Source of the DNA: an uncultured virus (IMG/VR IMGVR_UViG_3300035502_001146)
Lineage: Duplodnaviria > Heunggongvirae > Uroviricota > Caudoviricetes
Strand: one strand, 5' to 3'
Length of the DNA: 56,565 nucleotides
Virus record (IMG/VR): IMGVR_UViG_3300035502_001146
How positions within the stretch are numbered: the first letter of the stretch is position 1; every line of letters starts with the position of its first letter. Shown piece after piece: positions 21,177 to 30,766 of the stretch. The translations under genes were made by a program, and so were the position numbers. The notes under the pieces are model-generated. The model was not told where the DNA came from, searched no databases, and was given only the letters and a program-made list of their open reading frames with translations.

Positions 21177-21502
21177 TTTAAATCCCCCTTTTTTTAATTC
21201 TTCTTTAACAATTATAAACTATACTCACTTATTTGTCAATATTCATTGTCAAAAAAAATAACTATAAAATTAATTTTAGAAAATTTGTAATATCTTATTT
21301 TTATGGTATTAGCGAAAAATTACATTTCAACTTTTGAAGTAAAAAAGAATAATTTTTTACATAAATTTGAGTCTCTTAAAAAGTAAGTTGCGGAGCTTAT
21401 TTAATAAATAATTTAATTATATTTTATGGAAAATTTTTCTTTATTACTACTTGAATAATTAAATATTTTATATTATAATTAAAGAAAAAATAAAAAGGTG
21501 GT

Positions 21503-23497
21503 TTGGCTATGAATGAAATGATTAAAGGTAGGATTGTTAGATTAAGAAATCTAATAAATAACCAAAATGAATTATACTTTAAAAATTCTTCTGAAAATAA
21601 TATCTCTGATTCATTGTACGATAAACTTTTAGAAGAATTAAAAAAGTTGGAAGAACAATTCCCCGAATTTAAAGATAGTAATTCTCCTACACAAAATATT
21701 GGTGATTATGTAGATGAAAACTCATTTAATAAAGTAAATCATAAAATTCCTATGTTGTCTTTAGATAAAGTTTTATCTATAGAGCAATTTAACGATTGGT
21801 TTAAAAAAGCATTTAATAAATTAAATATTAAAGAATTTATTATTGAATATAAATTTGATGGTCTTGCAAATTCTTTAGTATATGAAAATGGTTATTTGAC
21901 ACAAGCAAGTACAAGAGGTAATGGAAAAGTCGGCGAAGATAATACTGCAACTGCAAAACTTATTCCTAATATTCCATATTATATAGAACAATTTAAGGAT
22001 ATTGAAAAAGTAGAAGTAAGAGGGGAAATTCTTTTATTAAAGGAAGGTTTAAATGAAATAAATAAAAATCTATCCGAAGATAATCAATATAAAAATGTTA
22101 GAAATGCTGCAAGCGGTATTTTAAAGAATAAATTACCTAATACTGACTACTGTAAATATTTAATATTCTCACCATACGGTTATTATGAAAATGACGATTT
22201 TTATAATGATACTTACTTAAAAGATATTAAATTATTAAAGGATATATTTATTACTCCATATAAAACTTTAGCAGCTATTAAAGTAAATAATATTGATAAT
22301 GCTATAGAAAAATTAAACACTTTATTTAATGAAGTATATGAAGGTAGAAATAATTTAAATATTGATATTGATGGTATTGTAATTAAAGCTAATAAATATG
22401 ACGATTGGAATAGACTTGGTATAGGTAAAAAATATCCTAACTATGCTGTAGCTTATAAGTTCCCAGCAATGGAAAATACAAGCATATTATTAGATGTTGA
22501 ATGGTGTTTAGGTGGTAAGGGGGCTATTACTCCTAAGGCTGTGATAGAGCCTGTTCAAATAGGTGGTTCAACTATTGGTTATGCTACACTGCATAATATT
22601 CAGTATATTAAAAACTTAGATTTAAAGCTCGGTGATACTGTAATTGTATCAAAAAGAGGCGATGTGATACCCTGTATCGAGTCTGTAATAAAAGATTTAA
22701 GAAGTGGTGAAGAAAAGGAAATAACTATTCCTACTGTCTGCCCATCTTGTGGGCAACCTTTAAAATCTAATACTACTGATAAAGGTATTTTCCTTTACTG
22801 TGATAATGAAAATTGTATAGGTATGCAAGTCAATAAAATAGAAAACTTTATTAAGGCTATGGAAATTGATAATTTCGGTACTGTACTTATAAATAAATTA
22901 TTTAGTAATGGTAAATTAAAAACCTTTATTGATATTTATAAATTAAATAAAAATGATATTTCCTCATTGGAAAAGATGGGAGATAAATCAGCAGATAAAG
23001 TAATAAGTAATATTGAAAAATCAAAAGATAATGAATTAAGTCAAATAATAGACGGTTTAATGATTAAGAGCGTATCTAAGGAAAAAGGTAAGATATTGCA
23101 AGATAAATATAAAACCTTGGATAAGTTTATAAATTGTACGGAAGAAGAATTGTTATCTTTACCCACATTTGGGGAAATATTAGTAAATAATATCTTGGAA
23201 TATGTAAATAAGAATAAAGATATAATAAACGATTTAATTAAATTGGGTATAATTGGTAAAGTAAAAAATAATAGTGGTAAATTAAATAATAAATCATTTT
23301 GTTTTACGGGTAAGTTAAGTATATCAAGAAATGAAATGACAGATATTATAGAAAATAATGGTGGTACTGTTAGCAGCATTAAAAAGGGTACTGACTATTT
23401 AATTATTGGTGAGGGGGCTAAAGAGAATAAAATTGATAAAGCTAAAAGTTATGGTATTGAAGTAATTACTGAAAAGGAATTTAATAATTTACTTTAA
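21503..23497 (+). CDS. ligA: NAD+-dependent DNA ligase
   Basis: H..PMLSL, EYKFDG (KxDG), STRGNG, EVRGE, DGIVIK, AYKF, CPSC..C..C zinc finger, HhH region, C-terminal BRCT (FCFTG..GG). Confidence 0.97.
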   Translation: MAMNEMIKGRIVRLRNLINNQNELYFKNSSENNISDSLYDKLLEELKKLEEQFPEFKDSNSPTQNIGDYVDENSFNKVNHKIPMLSLDKVLSIEQFNDWFKKAFNKLNIKEFIIEYKFDGLANSLVYENGYLTQASTRGNGKVGEDNTATAKLIPNIPYYIEQFKDIEKVEVRGEILLLKEGLNEINKNLSEDNQYKNVRNAASGILKNKLPNTDYCKYLIFSPYGYYENDDFYNDTYLKDIKLLKDIFITPYKTLAAIKVNNIDNAIEKLNTLFNEVYEGRNNLNIDIDGIVIKANKYDDWNRLGIGKKYPNYAVAYKFPAMENTSILLDVEWCLGGKGAITPKAVIEPVQIGGSTIGYATLHNIQYIKNLDLKLGDTVIVSKRGDVIPCIESVIKDLRSGEEKEITIPTVCPSCGQPLKSNTTDKGIFLYCDNENCIGMQVNKIENFIKAMEIDNFGTVLINKLFSNGKLKTFIDIYKLNKNDISSLEKMGDKSADKVISNIEKSKDNELSQIIDGLMIKSVSKEKGKILQDKYKTLDKFINCTEEELLSLPTFGEILVNNILEYVNKNKDIINDLIKLGIIGKVKNNSGKLNNKSFCFTGKLSISRNEMTDIIENNGGTVSSIKKGTDYLIIGEGAKENKIDKAKSYGIEVITEKEFNNLL

Positions 23498-23918
23498 TTA
23501 AATAATTTATAATAATATTCTTTAAATATTTTCTTCTAAATATTTTTTTAACAATAAAAGGTATATACATTTCTTAATTAAATAAGAGCTGTGTATATCT
23601 TTTTTATTAATTCATTATTAAATTGTTTATTATTAAATTATCTATTATACATAAATTTAAATATAAATATTTTATTGAGCTGAATATTTAATTATTTTAT
23701 TCATAATTTAATAAATAGTTTAATAATTCATTTGCTGATTATTCTCTTAATATTTAATCATTTATTAAAATTATAAAATGAATAAATTATAAGAAAAGTG
23801 AATAAAAAACTTTTTATATACGGGATAAAATGAATAAAATAGTGAATATTATTGAATAATGATGTATAAATTATAATCTTATAATTAACATTAATTCTTC
23901 TTTTTTATTAAAAACTTA

Positions 23919-23947
23919 TTGACAAACTATAAAAAGTATGGTATAAT
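23919..23947 (+). promoter_or_regulatory. consensus promoter for the 24007 + Cas12f-like operon
   Basis: TTGACA-N17-TATAAT with TG extension. Confidence 0.85.
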
Positions 23948-24006
23948 AAATTATGTTAAAAACAAAACACTAATTTTAAGAGAAATTTAAGAAAGGAGTT
24001 TAATGT

Positions 24007-24414
24007 ATGAAAAGAATAGTCGAAGATACTGACACTTTTATTTATTACAATGCTAACCCTAAGAATAGAATAACAGGGGATTGTGTTTTTAGAGCTATTT
24101 CATTAGCAACTGAAAAAGATTATAAAGATGTTGTATTGGAAATGACAAACACAATGCTTGAAACGGGTTATTGTTTAAATGACAAAAAGGGCATTGAAAA
24201 GTATATGCAAAAAATTGGTTGGGTAAAAATGAAGCAGCCGAAGAAATATGATAATACAAAGTATACAGGTGAAGAATTTTGTAAATTATTTAAAGGTACT
24301 TGTATTGCTAAAATCGGTACACATCATATAACTTGTATTAAGGATAATAAGATATATGATACTTGGGATTGTTGTGATGGAAAAATTGGTAACTATTGGG
24401 TTAAGGCTGAATAA
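24007..24414 (+). CDS. phage protein with possible papain-like Cys-His-Asp motifs
   Basis: NANPK....GDCVFRAI ... HITCIKD..IYDTWD. Confidence 0.7.
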   Translation: MKRIVEDTDTFIYYNANPKNRITGDCVFRAISLATEKDYKDVVLEMTNTMLETGYCLNDKKGIEKYMQKIGWVKMKQPKKYDNTKYTGEEFCKLFKGTCIAKIGTHHITCIKDNKIYDTWDCCDGKIGNYWVKAE

Positions 24415-24434
24415 ATCAAAGGAGGAATTTTTAA

Positions 24435-25871
24435 ATGAGCAATGAAGATAAAACAATGATTATATGTAGAAAAATTACACTCACACCACTTGGTGATAAA
24501 GCGGAAGTAGATAGGGTATATAAATTTATTCGTGATGGACAAAAAGCTCAATATAAAGCTCTTAATCTCTTTATGAGTAAATATGCAAATTTATATTATA
24601 AGTATAATTGCGATAAAACTAATGAAGATTATAAAAAAGAAGTAAAAGAAATGCGTAGAGCTGCGTATTATAATTCATTATATAACTCTGCTGATATTGT
24701 TTTCTGTACGGGTGTTGATACTCAATCTTTAGTATCTAAAAAGGTTATAAGTGATTTCGATACTGCATACAATAATGGTTTAAAGCGTGGTGAAAGAAGT
24801 ATAAATAATTATAAATCTGACTCCCCTCTTATGACAAGACATATTAATTTGAAGTTTAATTATGATTATGCAACCGAGGAAGAATTTTTACAACATTTAA
24901 ATAGTCAAGATTTATCTATAACTATGGGTTGGGTAAATCATATTAAATTTAAAGTTAATTTCGGTAAGGGTAAAAATGTTAAAAAGTCTTATGAATTGAG
25001 AAGTGTATTCAAAAAGATTTTAGTAGATAAAACTTATTCTGTTAGGGATAGCTCAATTACTATTGAAGATAATAAAATCATTCTTAATTTGTCTTTGAGA
25101 ATACCTAAGAATATTGTTGAGCTTGACAATAATACTGTTGTAGGTGTTGACCTTGGTATTGCTGTTCCTGCTGTGTGTGCAACTAATAATACTATAGCAA
25201 AACAGTTTTTAGGTTCAAAAGATGATTTCTTGAAAACAAGAACGCAAATACAAAACCAAAGAAGAAGATTATATAGTGCTTTGAAAAATTCTAATGGTGG
25301 TAAGGGTAGAGATAAAAAACTTAAAGCCGTAAATAAATTTTCTGAAAAGGAAAAGAATTTTGTTGCTACTTATAATCATACTATAAGTAAACAAATTGTT
25401 GATTTTGCCATAGCTAATAAAGCTAAGTATATCAATGTGGAAGATTTAGAGGGTTATGATACAGATAAATTTGTTTTGAGAAATTGGTCTTATTATCAAC
25501 TGCAATCACAAATTGAATATAAAGCAGCTAAGTACGGTATTGAATTAAGAAAAGTAGACCCATATCATACCTCACAAAATTGCTCTTCTTGTGGTCATTG
25601 GGAAGAAGGTCAAAGGAATGGTAGATATTTTGAATGTAAGGCTTGTGGAGCTAAAATGAATGCTGATTTAAACGCCGCAAGGAATATTGCTTTATCTGCT
25701 AATATTACTTATGCTGATGGAAAGAAGATAGAAACTAATACTACTGATGTTCCTAAAAAGAAAACTTATAAGAAAAAGTCTAAGGCGGTAAATAAAGCAG
25801 TGAATAAAATTAAAGAAAAGAATAAAACTAACAATATAACAGATAATGTAACTACTAAAGAAGTAATTTAA
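24435..25871 (+). CDS. Cas12f1-like (type V-F/TnpB superfamily) RNA-guided nuclease, no adjacent array
   Basis: RuvC I VGVDLG, RuvC II INVEDL, LRNWSYYQLQ..IEYKA, CSSC/CKAC zinc ribbon, RuvC III NADLNAARNI; GL.RGERSI.NYK...PL and GGKGR.KKL motifs as recalled from clostridial Cas12f1. Confidence 0.85.
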   Translation: MSNEDKTMIICRKITLTPLGDKAEVDRVYKFIRDGQKAQYKALNLFMSKYANLYYKYNCDKTNEDYKKEVKEMRRAAYYNSLYNSADIVFCTGVDTQSLVSKKVISDFDTAYNNGLKRGERSINNYKSDSPLMTRHINLKFNYDYATEEEFLQHLNSQDLSITMGWVNHIKFKVNFGKGKNVKKSYELRSVFKKILVDKTYSVRDSSITIEDNKIILNLSLRIPKNIVELDNNTVVGVDLGIAVPAVCATNNTIAKQFLGSKDDFLKTRTQIQNQRRRLYSALKNSNGGKGRDKKLKAVNKFSEKEKNFVATYNHTISKQIVDFAIANKAKYINVEDLEGYDTDKFVLRNWSYYQLQSQIEYKAAKYGIELRKVDPYHTSQNCSSCGHWEEGQRNGRYFECKACGAKMNADLNAARNIALSANITYADGKKIETNTTDVPKKKTYKKKSKAVNKAVNKIKEKNKTNNITDNVTTKEVI

Positions 25872-25879
25872 TATTTATT

Positions 25880-25907
25880 AAGGGTACTAACACAAGTACC
25901 CTTTTTT
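25880..25907 (+). terminator. intrinsic terminator after Cas12f-like gene
   Basis: AAGGGTACT-loop-AGTACCCTT followed by T-run. Confidence 0.8.
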
Positions 25908-26024
25908 GTTATTGACAAATAATAAATTTTGTGATATAATACTAATAGTGAAATGTTTATAAAAACTTTTATAATTTTAAAAAGCTATTTATAATTAAGG
26001 GCTTATTTTTAAAGAGGTGTTTAT

Positions 26025-26210
26025 ATGGTTCACGATACTATAATTTTTCATAATACGGAAGAAAAAATAATCAACGATAGAAAAGAGTTATGTTCTTCTG
26101 TTATTAAAGAAAAGAAAAATTTCAATAACTTATATTCTATATCTGATAATACACCTATTCTTTACAGTAGGAAAAGTTTAGGAAAAATTGTATTGATAGA
26201 TAATAGATAA
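26025..26210 (+). CDS. hypothetical protein
   Basis: GAGGTG RBS, promoter 25912-25940. Confidence 0.6.
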   Translation: MVHDTIIFHNTEEKIINDRKELCSSVIKEKKNFNNLYSISDNTPILYSRKSLGKIVLIDNR

Positions 26211-26246
26211 ATCAATCTATACTAAATTTTATAAGGAGGATTTGTT

Positions 26247-26618
26247 ATGAGTTGGGATTTTTATTTATGCGATTCAGTGTCTAAAGAAGTTTTGACTATT
26301 GATAGTCCGCATTTTATGTTCGGTGGTACTTATTGCCCTAATGGTACTAATCAACTGCATCTAAATATAACTTATAATTATTCTAAAGTTATAAACCCTG
26401 CTATGTTTGATGTGCCACAAGAGGAAACTTATGCAAAAGTCTTTAATGGTAAGTCTGCATTGGAAACTATTCCTTTATTAAATAAGGCTATAAGTAATCT
26501 ATCTGATAATACAGACGAGGATTATTGGAACCCTACCGAGGGTAACGCTAAGAGAGCTTTGATTCAATTATTGACTATTGCTAAAATGCGTCCAGACGGT
26601 ATTTGGCAAGTAAGTTAA
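26247..26618 (+). CDS. hypothetical phage protein
   Basis: AAGGAGG RBS; MSWD...LNITYNYS...DYW.PTEGNAK. Confidence 0.8.
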   Translation: MSWDFYLCDSVSKEVLTIDSPHFMFGGTYCPNGTNQLHLNITYNYSKVINPAMFDVPQEETYAKVFNGKSALETIPLLNKAISNLSDNTDEDYWNPTEGNAKRALIQLLTIAKMRPDGIWQVS

Positions 26619-26672
26619 ATATATTTTTAAAATTTTTTTAATAATTATAACTAAAGAGAAAGGAATAATAAA

Positions 26673-26945
26673 ATGTTAAATTATAATATTGAGCTGACTA
26701 ATTTAAATAATGGATATAAGAAAATTATCGAATTACCTATTAAGGAAAGAATTTTAAAGGAAACTATGGAAAATTTTATTTATTCTAATTGGGAGTGGAG
26801 TTGTTTCTATCCCGATAATATATTTAAAACAATTTCTTGTTTGAATAACGGAAATCTTTTGAATATAAATAGAAATTTAATTACTTTATCTGAAAGGTTT
26901 ATTGACGATGATTATATTTCTTATACTTATACTAAGGGGGATTGA
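26673..26945 (+). CDS. hypothetical protein, weakly similar to N-terminus of the ArdA-like paralogs
   Basis: IELTN..NG..KIIELP......NWEWS vs 47268 VTITN....GKIELP......NWFWS. Confidence 0.6.
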   Translation: MLNYNIELTNLNNGYKKIIELPIKERILKETMENFIYSNWEWSCFYPDNIFKTISCLNNGNLLNINRNLITLSERFIDDDYISYTYTKGD

Positions 26946-27358
26946 TTTTGTATCTATTGAATAAAAAGACTAATAATAAAATAACTTTTAATGAATTGTT
27001 TGAGCTTGTTAAATATAATCAATCTTTAAAAATTGGCAGCTCTGCTGATATTCTATTATTATTTATAAATATGTATAAGGGTGAAATTAGATTTTTTTCA
27101 GATACTATAGATATGGATAATATTGATTTTATTTTGAAATTATATGGAGCTGATATTTCTAATATCTCTTATTATACTAAATTATCAAATAATGAATTTT
27201 CTGATGTGTTGGATAATCTAATTGTTGATAAACAAATATCTATTCATACTTTGGATAATTTAAATATTATTGGTTATGTTTATTTCTCTTGTATTTATGA
27301 TATAGATAACTTTTTAAAAGCTATACCTTCAATAAGTTCTTTACTTGATTATGAATAA
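26942..27358 (+). CDS. hypothetical protein
   Basis: start overlaps previous stop, AAGGGGG RBS. Confidence 0.6.
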   Translation: MILYLLNKKTNNKITFNELFELVKYNQSLKIGSSADILLLFINMYKGEIRFFSDTIDMDNIDFILKLYGADISNISYYTKLSNNEFSDVLDNLIVDKQISIHTLDNLNIIGYVYFSCIYDIDNFLKAIPSISSLLDYE

Positions 27359-27436
27359 TATTGCGAATAATATAATTATTTTTTTTATAAGGGTGAGTGT
27401 AAAATTCACCCTTGTTTTTATTTATTTAATTTTTCC

Positions 27437-29221
27437 CTAATAGGGTAGTAATATTTTTACCATTTATATAATCAATTTATTTGCCCTTATATTTAATGAT
27501 AATTATTTTAATGTATTATTTATTTAATTATTTATTTATCTATTTATAATGGCTTTATAATTTATTTAGGCACTTGATTATTTATTGGTTTACTTTGTAA
27601 TTTTTCTTTATATATTAAATTCGTCTATTAGGGTAGTTGATATTTTAAGTTTAATATTTAAAGTTTTTATAATTTAATCATTTATTATTCTTTTTCTTAT
27701 TAGATGGTTTAATATTATTTATATTTATTGTTTTAGCTCTGTTGGATTTTTTATTTATTTATCTAATAATTGTTAAGGTATTTATTAAATAATCTAATTA
27801 TCTTAATTTTACCTAACAGGGTAGTTGCTTTTTTAGCCTATATATAATAGCTTTATTTCGCCTTGTATTGAACGATAGATATTTCATTGTATATTTTATC
27901 TGCTTTATTATTTACGCTGCGTAGGAGCTGAATAAGCGATTTATAAATTGATTATATAATTATCTATCTATTGTAAATAATATTTATTTTTGGTTTAGTG
28001 GTATTCAGTTTCTTATATACCTATTTTATGTATATGATAATTTTACTTATTAGGAAGTTTATATTTTTATTTATTATAAATATTCTTAATTAAATATTTA
28101 TCTTAATATACTTTATCTATTATTAAATGTTTTCGTTTAAATATAAAAAAGCTCATCGGAGCTGTAATTGATTTATATTGTTATTTAGTCTATTGTTTTA
28201 TAAGTGATTGATTTTTTATATGCTATTTATTGTATATTGTTATTTCGTCTATTAGGGTACAACCTTTTTAGCTCTTAGAATAAAGTAGTATTGAATAATT
28301 AAATATTTTACTATAATAAATAATTTCCCTTTATATACTTGTTTCACCTAATAGGGTAGTAATATTTCCCCCCATTATTCGGGAGAAAAGTATTTTAATA
28401 ATATATTTATTTAAAACACCTATGGAGCTGAATATATTTAAAACTATTTTTTAGTAAATTTTTCTTAATAAATCATTTAATAAGCAATAATACCTATTAG
28501 GGTAGTCATTATTATTGGATATTTATTATAATGTAATTTAAATGTTTAAAATAAAAATAAAGGATAGATTTTTATTTCTATCCTTTATTTATGTAATAAT
28601 TATTCATTTGTTTGATTTTACCTAATAGGGTAGTTGACTTTTTTACCTACAAATATATGTTGTACTAAATGAGGTTTGAAATGTTCTAACTACTTGACCT
28701 TGTATAAAGTTTGCTTGCCAAATACAGCCTTGTGAATTTGGTGGTCTATACCCATTCAATAATTTTATGGCTGCATCTATTGACCGTCTGCTGGGGTAGT
28801 TATATATTGTACCATTGATATAGGTTTCATATTGACCTGTTTGGGTAATAACACCTTTTACTGTATTAGGAAATTGTGAACTATCAACTCTATTCATAAC
28901 TACTGTACCTACCCACAATTTATGTTCGTCTGTACAACAATCAGAAGCTTCAGCATCTATCACTCGGCTCAACCAATACAGGTCCTCATCTGAATAATTC
29001 TGAACGGTTGTAGCCTCTGTTGTTGTGTCTATTAGGGTAGTCGGCTGTATGGTAGTAGTTTGTACTTGTATTGTTGTCGTTTCGCTTGCTATCTCATAGG
29101 CTATTGGTGAAATGTCTATTAGAGTAGTCGTTGCTATGGGAATTTCAGTGGTCAACTGTATAACATCCGCACTATTGCCATTAGCGGCTGTATAGGATTT
29201 TTCAATACCTGTTAGGGTAGT
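27437..29221 (+). repeat. 11 same-orientation copies of a 13-mer, consensus CTAWTAGGGTAGT
   Basis: copies at 27437, 27625, 27813, 28249, 28348, 28494, 28622, 28788, 29029, 29116, 29209. Confidence 0.9.
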
Positions 29222-29371
29222 CGATAACTGTGGAGTTATGGTGGTTTGGGCGTAAAGTACCACATTTTCAGTGCTATTCCTATCGCCGTCAAAAACTTTA
29301 TAGGCAATATATGCGGCTATAAAATATAATATTATCAATATCAATATTACAAGTCTTTTCTTATTACTCAT
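28643..29371 (-). CDS. SleB/Hydrolase_2-family cell wall hydrolase with N-terminal TM and Thr-rich linker
   Basis: DLYWLSRVI.AEA...VG.VVMNRV.S..FPNTV.GVI.Q.GQY; start moved to ATG 29371. Confidence 0.85.
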   Translation of the reverse strand: MSNKKRLVILILIILYFIAAYIAYKVFDGDRNSTENVVLYAQTTITPQLSTTLTGIEKSYTAANGNSADVIQLTTEIPIATTTLIDISPIAYEIASETTTIQVQTTTIQPTTLIDTTTEATTVQNYSDEDLYWLSRVIDAEASDCCTDEHKLWVGTVVMNRVDSSQFPNTVKGVITQTGQYETYINGTIYNYPSRRSIDAAIKLLNGYRPPNSQGCIWQANFIQGQVVRTFQTSFSTTYICR

Positions 29372-29526
29372 TGTGTACACTCCAATCTTTAATTGTATTT
29401 TGCTATTTGCTTTAGGCAAAATTATTCCTTTACGGCTTTTTGATTTTTGCCCACAAATAACCCTTGTTATTTCTATGTTATTTCAAAAAGATAGGCGGTA
29501 CGGTTTGTACCGCCTTTTCTTTTTTA

Positions 29527-30519
29527 TCACTCGGTTACTACATCTTTAAACAAGTTATAGATTGAGTTAAAAGTCTTGTTGTTGTTGCCCTTGCCTTGCA
29601 AGAAATTTTCAACCTCACGCTGTACCCACGCTTCACCGCTATCGTGAACACGCTGTGGTTTTCTGTTTGGTTCGAGTGCGTTGATAGCCTTGAGAATATC
29701 CATTGGATTAGCATAGTAGCTATTTTCAAGCTCGTTTGTAATTTTCTCGTAAAATTCCTCACGAGTTTTCACTCCGTATTCTCTTATTGCCTTATCTGAA
29801 AAGTCTTTTGTTTGGAAAACATTTTTCAGAAGGTTTGTGAAATTGTTGTCAAGTGCAATCTCGTTGTACTTGTTTACTCTAAAAGCCTTTTTTGCTTTGA
29901 GTGCAAGAACCTTTTCGATGATTTCCTTTTTCTCGTTGATAACCTTGTTATAAAAATCATAGAAATGACCTTTAATTTTGTTATCAGCGTTTTCAGTGTG
30001 ATTTAAGTCACCGTCAAGAGTGTTTGTGAGTGTGTACTCAACATTGTCAATCTTTACGATAGCGAAAACCTTTATAGCCTTATCGCCGTCAAAAGAATTT
30101 CTCAATACAAAGTACAAACCGCCGTTTGTGCCGATTGATTCAGTCTTTACTACAAGATACGCACCGAGTGCATTATCATAGGTAAACAAGTTTACGATTT
30201 TTGGTTCGCTTGCAACAGTTTTAAGCTGTTCAAACAAGTTTGTAAAGGCTTCATAATAACTAACTACATTGTAACGAGTAGTTACGATTTTACTACCCAT
30301 CATTTGCATTTCATCTCTAGGGTCAACAATGATTGCTGGCACATCTGTTGCCCTATTTGTACCACGCAATCTTGTATCTGTTATTGCTGATACAGTAGGC
30401 AAAAAGTTCAAACCAAACTTTTCGCAAAGAACTGTTACATCGTTGTTGCACTCCATAACAAGTGCATTATCGTTTGTTGAAAATCTGTTTGTGAGTGTGA
30501 GTGTTGTGTTGTTTAACAT
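29527..30519 (-). CDS. DUF932/TIGR03299-like phage/plasmid protein
   Basis: IVTTRYNVV..EAF and YFVLRNSFDG..AIKV motifs; AAGGAGG RBS; two tandem consensus promoters; terminator ~29490-29525. Confidence 0.65.
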   Translation of the reverse strand: MLNNTTLTLTNRFSTNDNALVMECNNDVTVLCEKFGLNFLPTVSAITDTRLRGTNRATDVPAIIVDPRDEMQMMGSKIVTTRYNVVSYYEAFTNLFEQLKTVASEPKIVNLFTYDNALGAYLVVKTESIGTNGGLYFVLRNSFDGDKAIKVFAIVKIDNVEYTLTNTLDGDLNHTENADNKIKGHFYDFYNKVINEKKEIIEKVLALKAKKAFRVNKYNEIALDNNFTNLLKNVFQTKDFSDKAIREYGVKTREEFYEKITNELENSYYANPMDILKAINALEPNRKPQRVHDSGEAWVQREVENFLQGKGNNNKTFNSIYNLFKDVVTE

Positions 30520-30621
30520 AGTCATTTCCTCCTTGAAATTCAGAACCATTATATTAAATGGTTTAGTTATAGGTTTTGTGTTATCGGTGCGGCGTTGCCC
30601 TCACCTTTATGGTAATTACAT

Positions 30622-30766
30622 TATACCATACTTTTTAGCATTTGTCAATAGGTTTTTTAAAGTTTTTTCATATTTTTTAAAACTTTTTTTTCGACCGCCT
30701 TGTGTGCCGTTGTTGTCATTTCCCTTTGACACTTATTATTATACTACAACGACCACCAATTGTCAA
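30622..30766 (-). promoter_or_regulatory. two tandem consensus promoters
   Basis: minus-strand TTGACA...TATAAT at ~30648 and ~30766. Confidence 0.75.

Noticed and set aside
23500..28640. CRISPR array for the Cas12f-like gene
   Set aside because: No 25-40-bp repeats with uniform spacers; the 13-mer array has 75-420-bp gaps and enters a CDS
27625..29221. TTAGGG telomere-like repeat
   Set aside because: Only a substring of some dispersed 13-mers, never tandem
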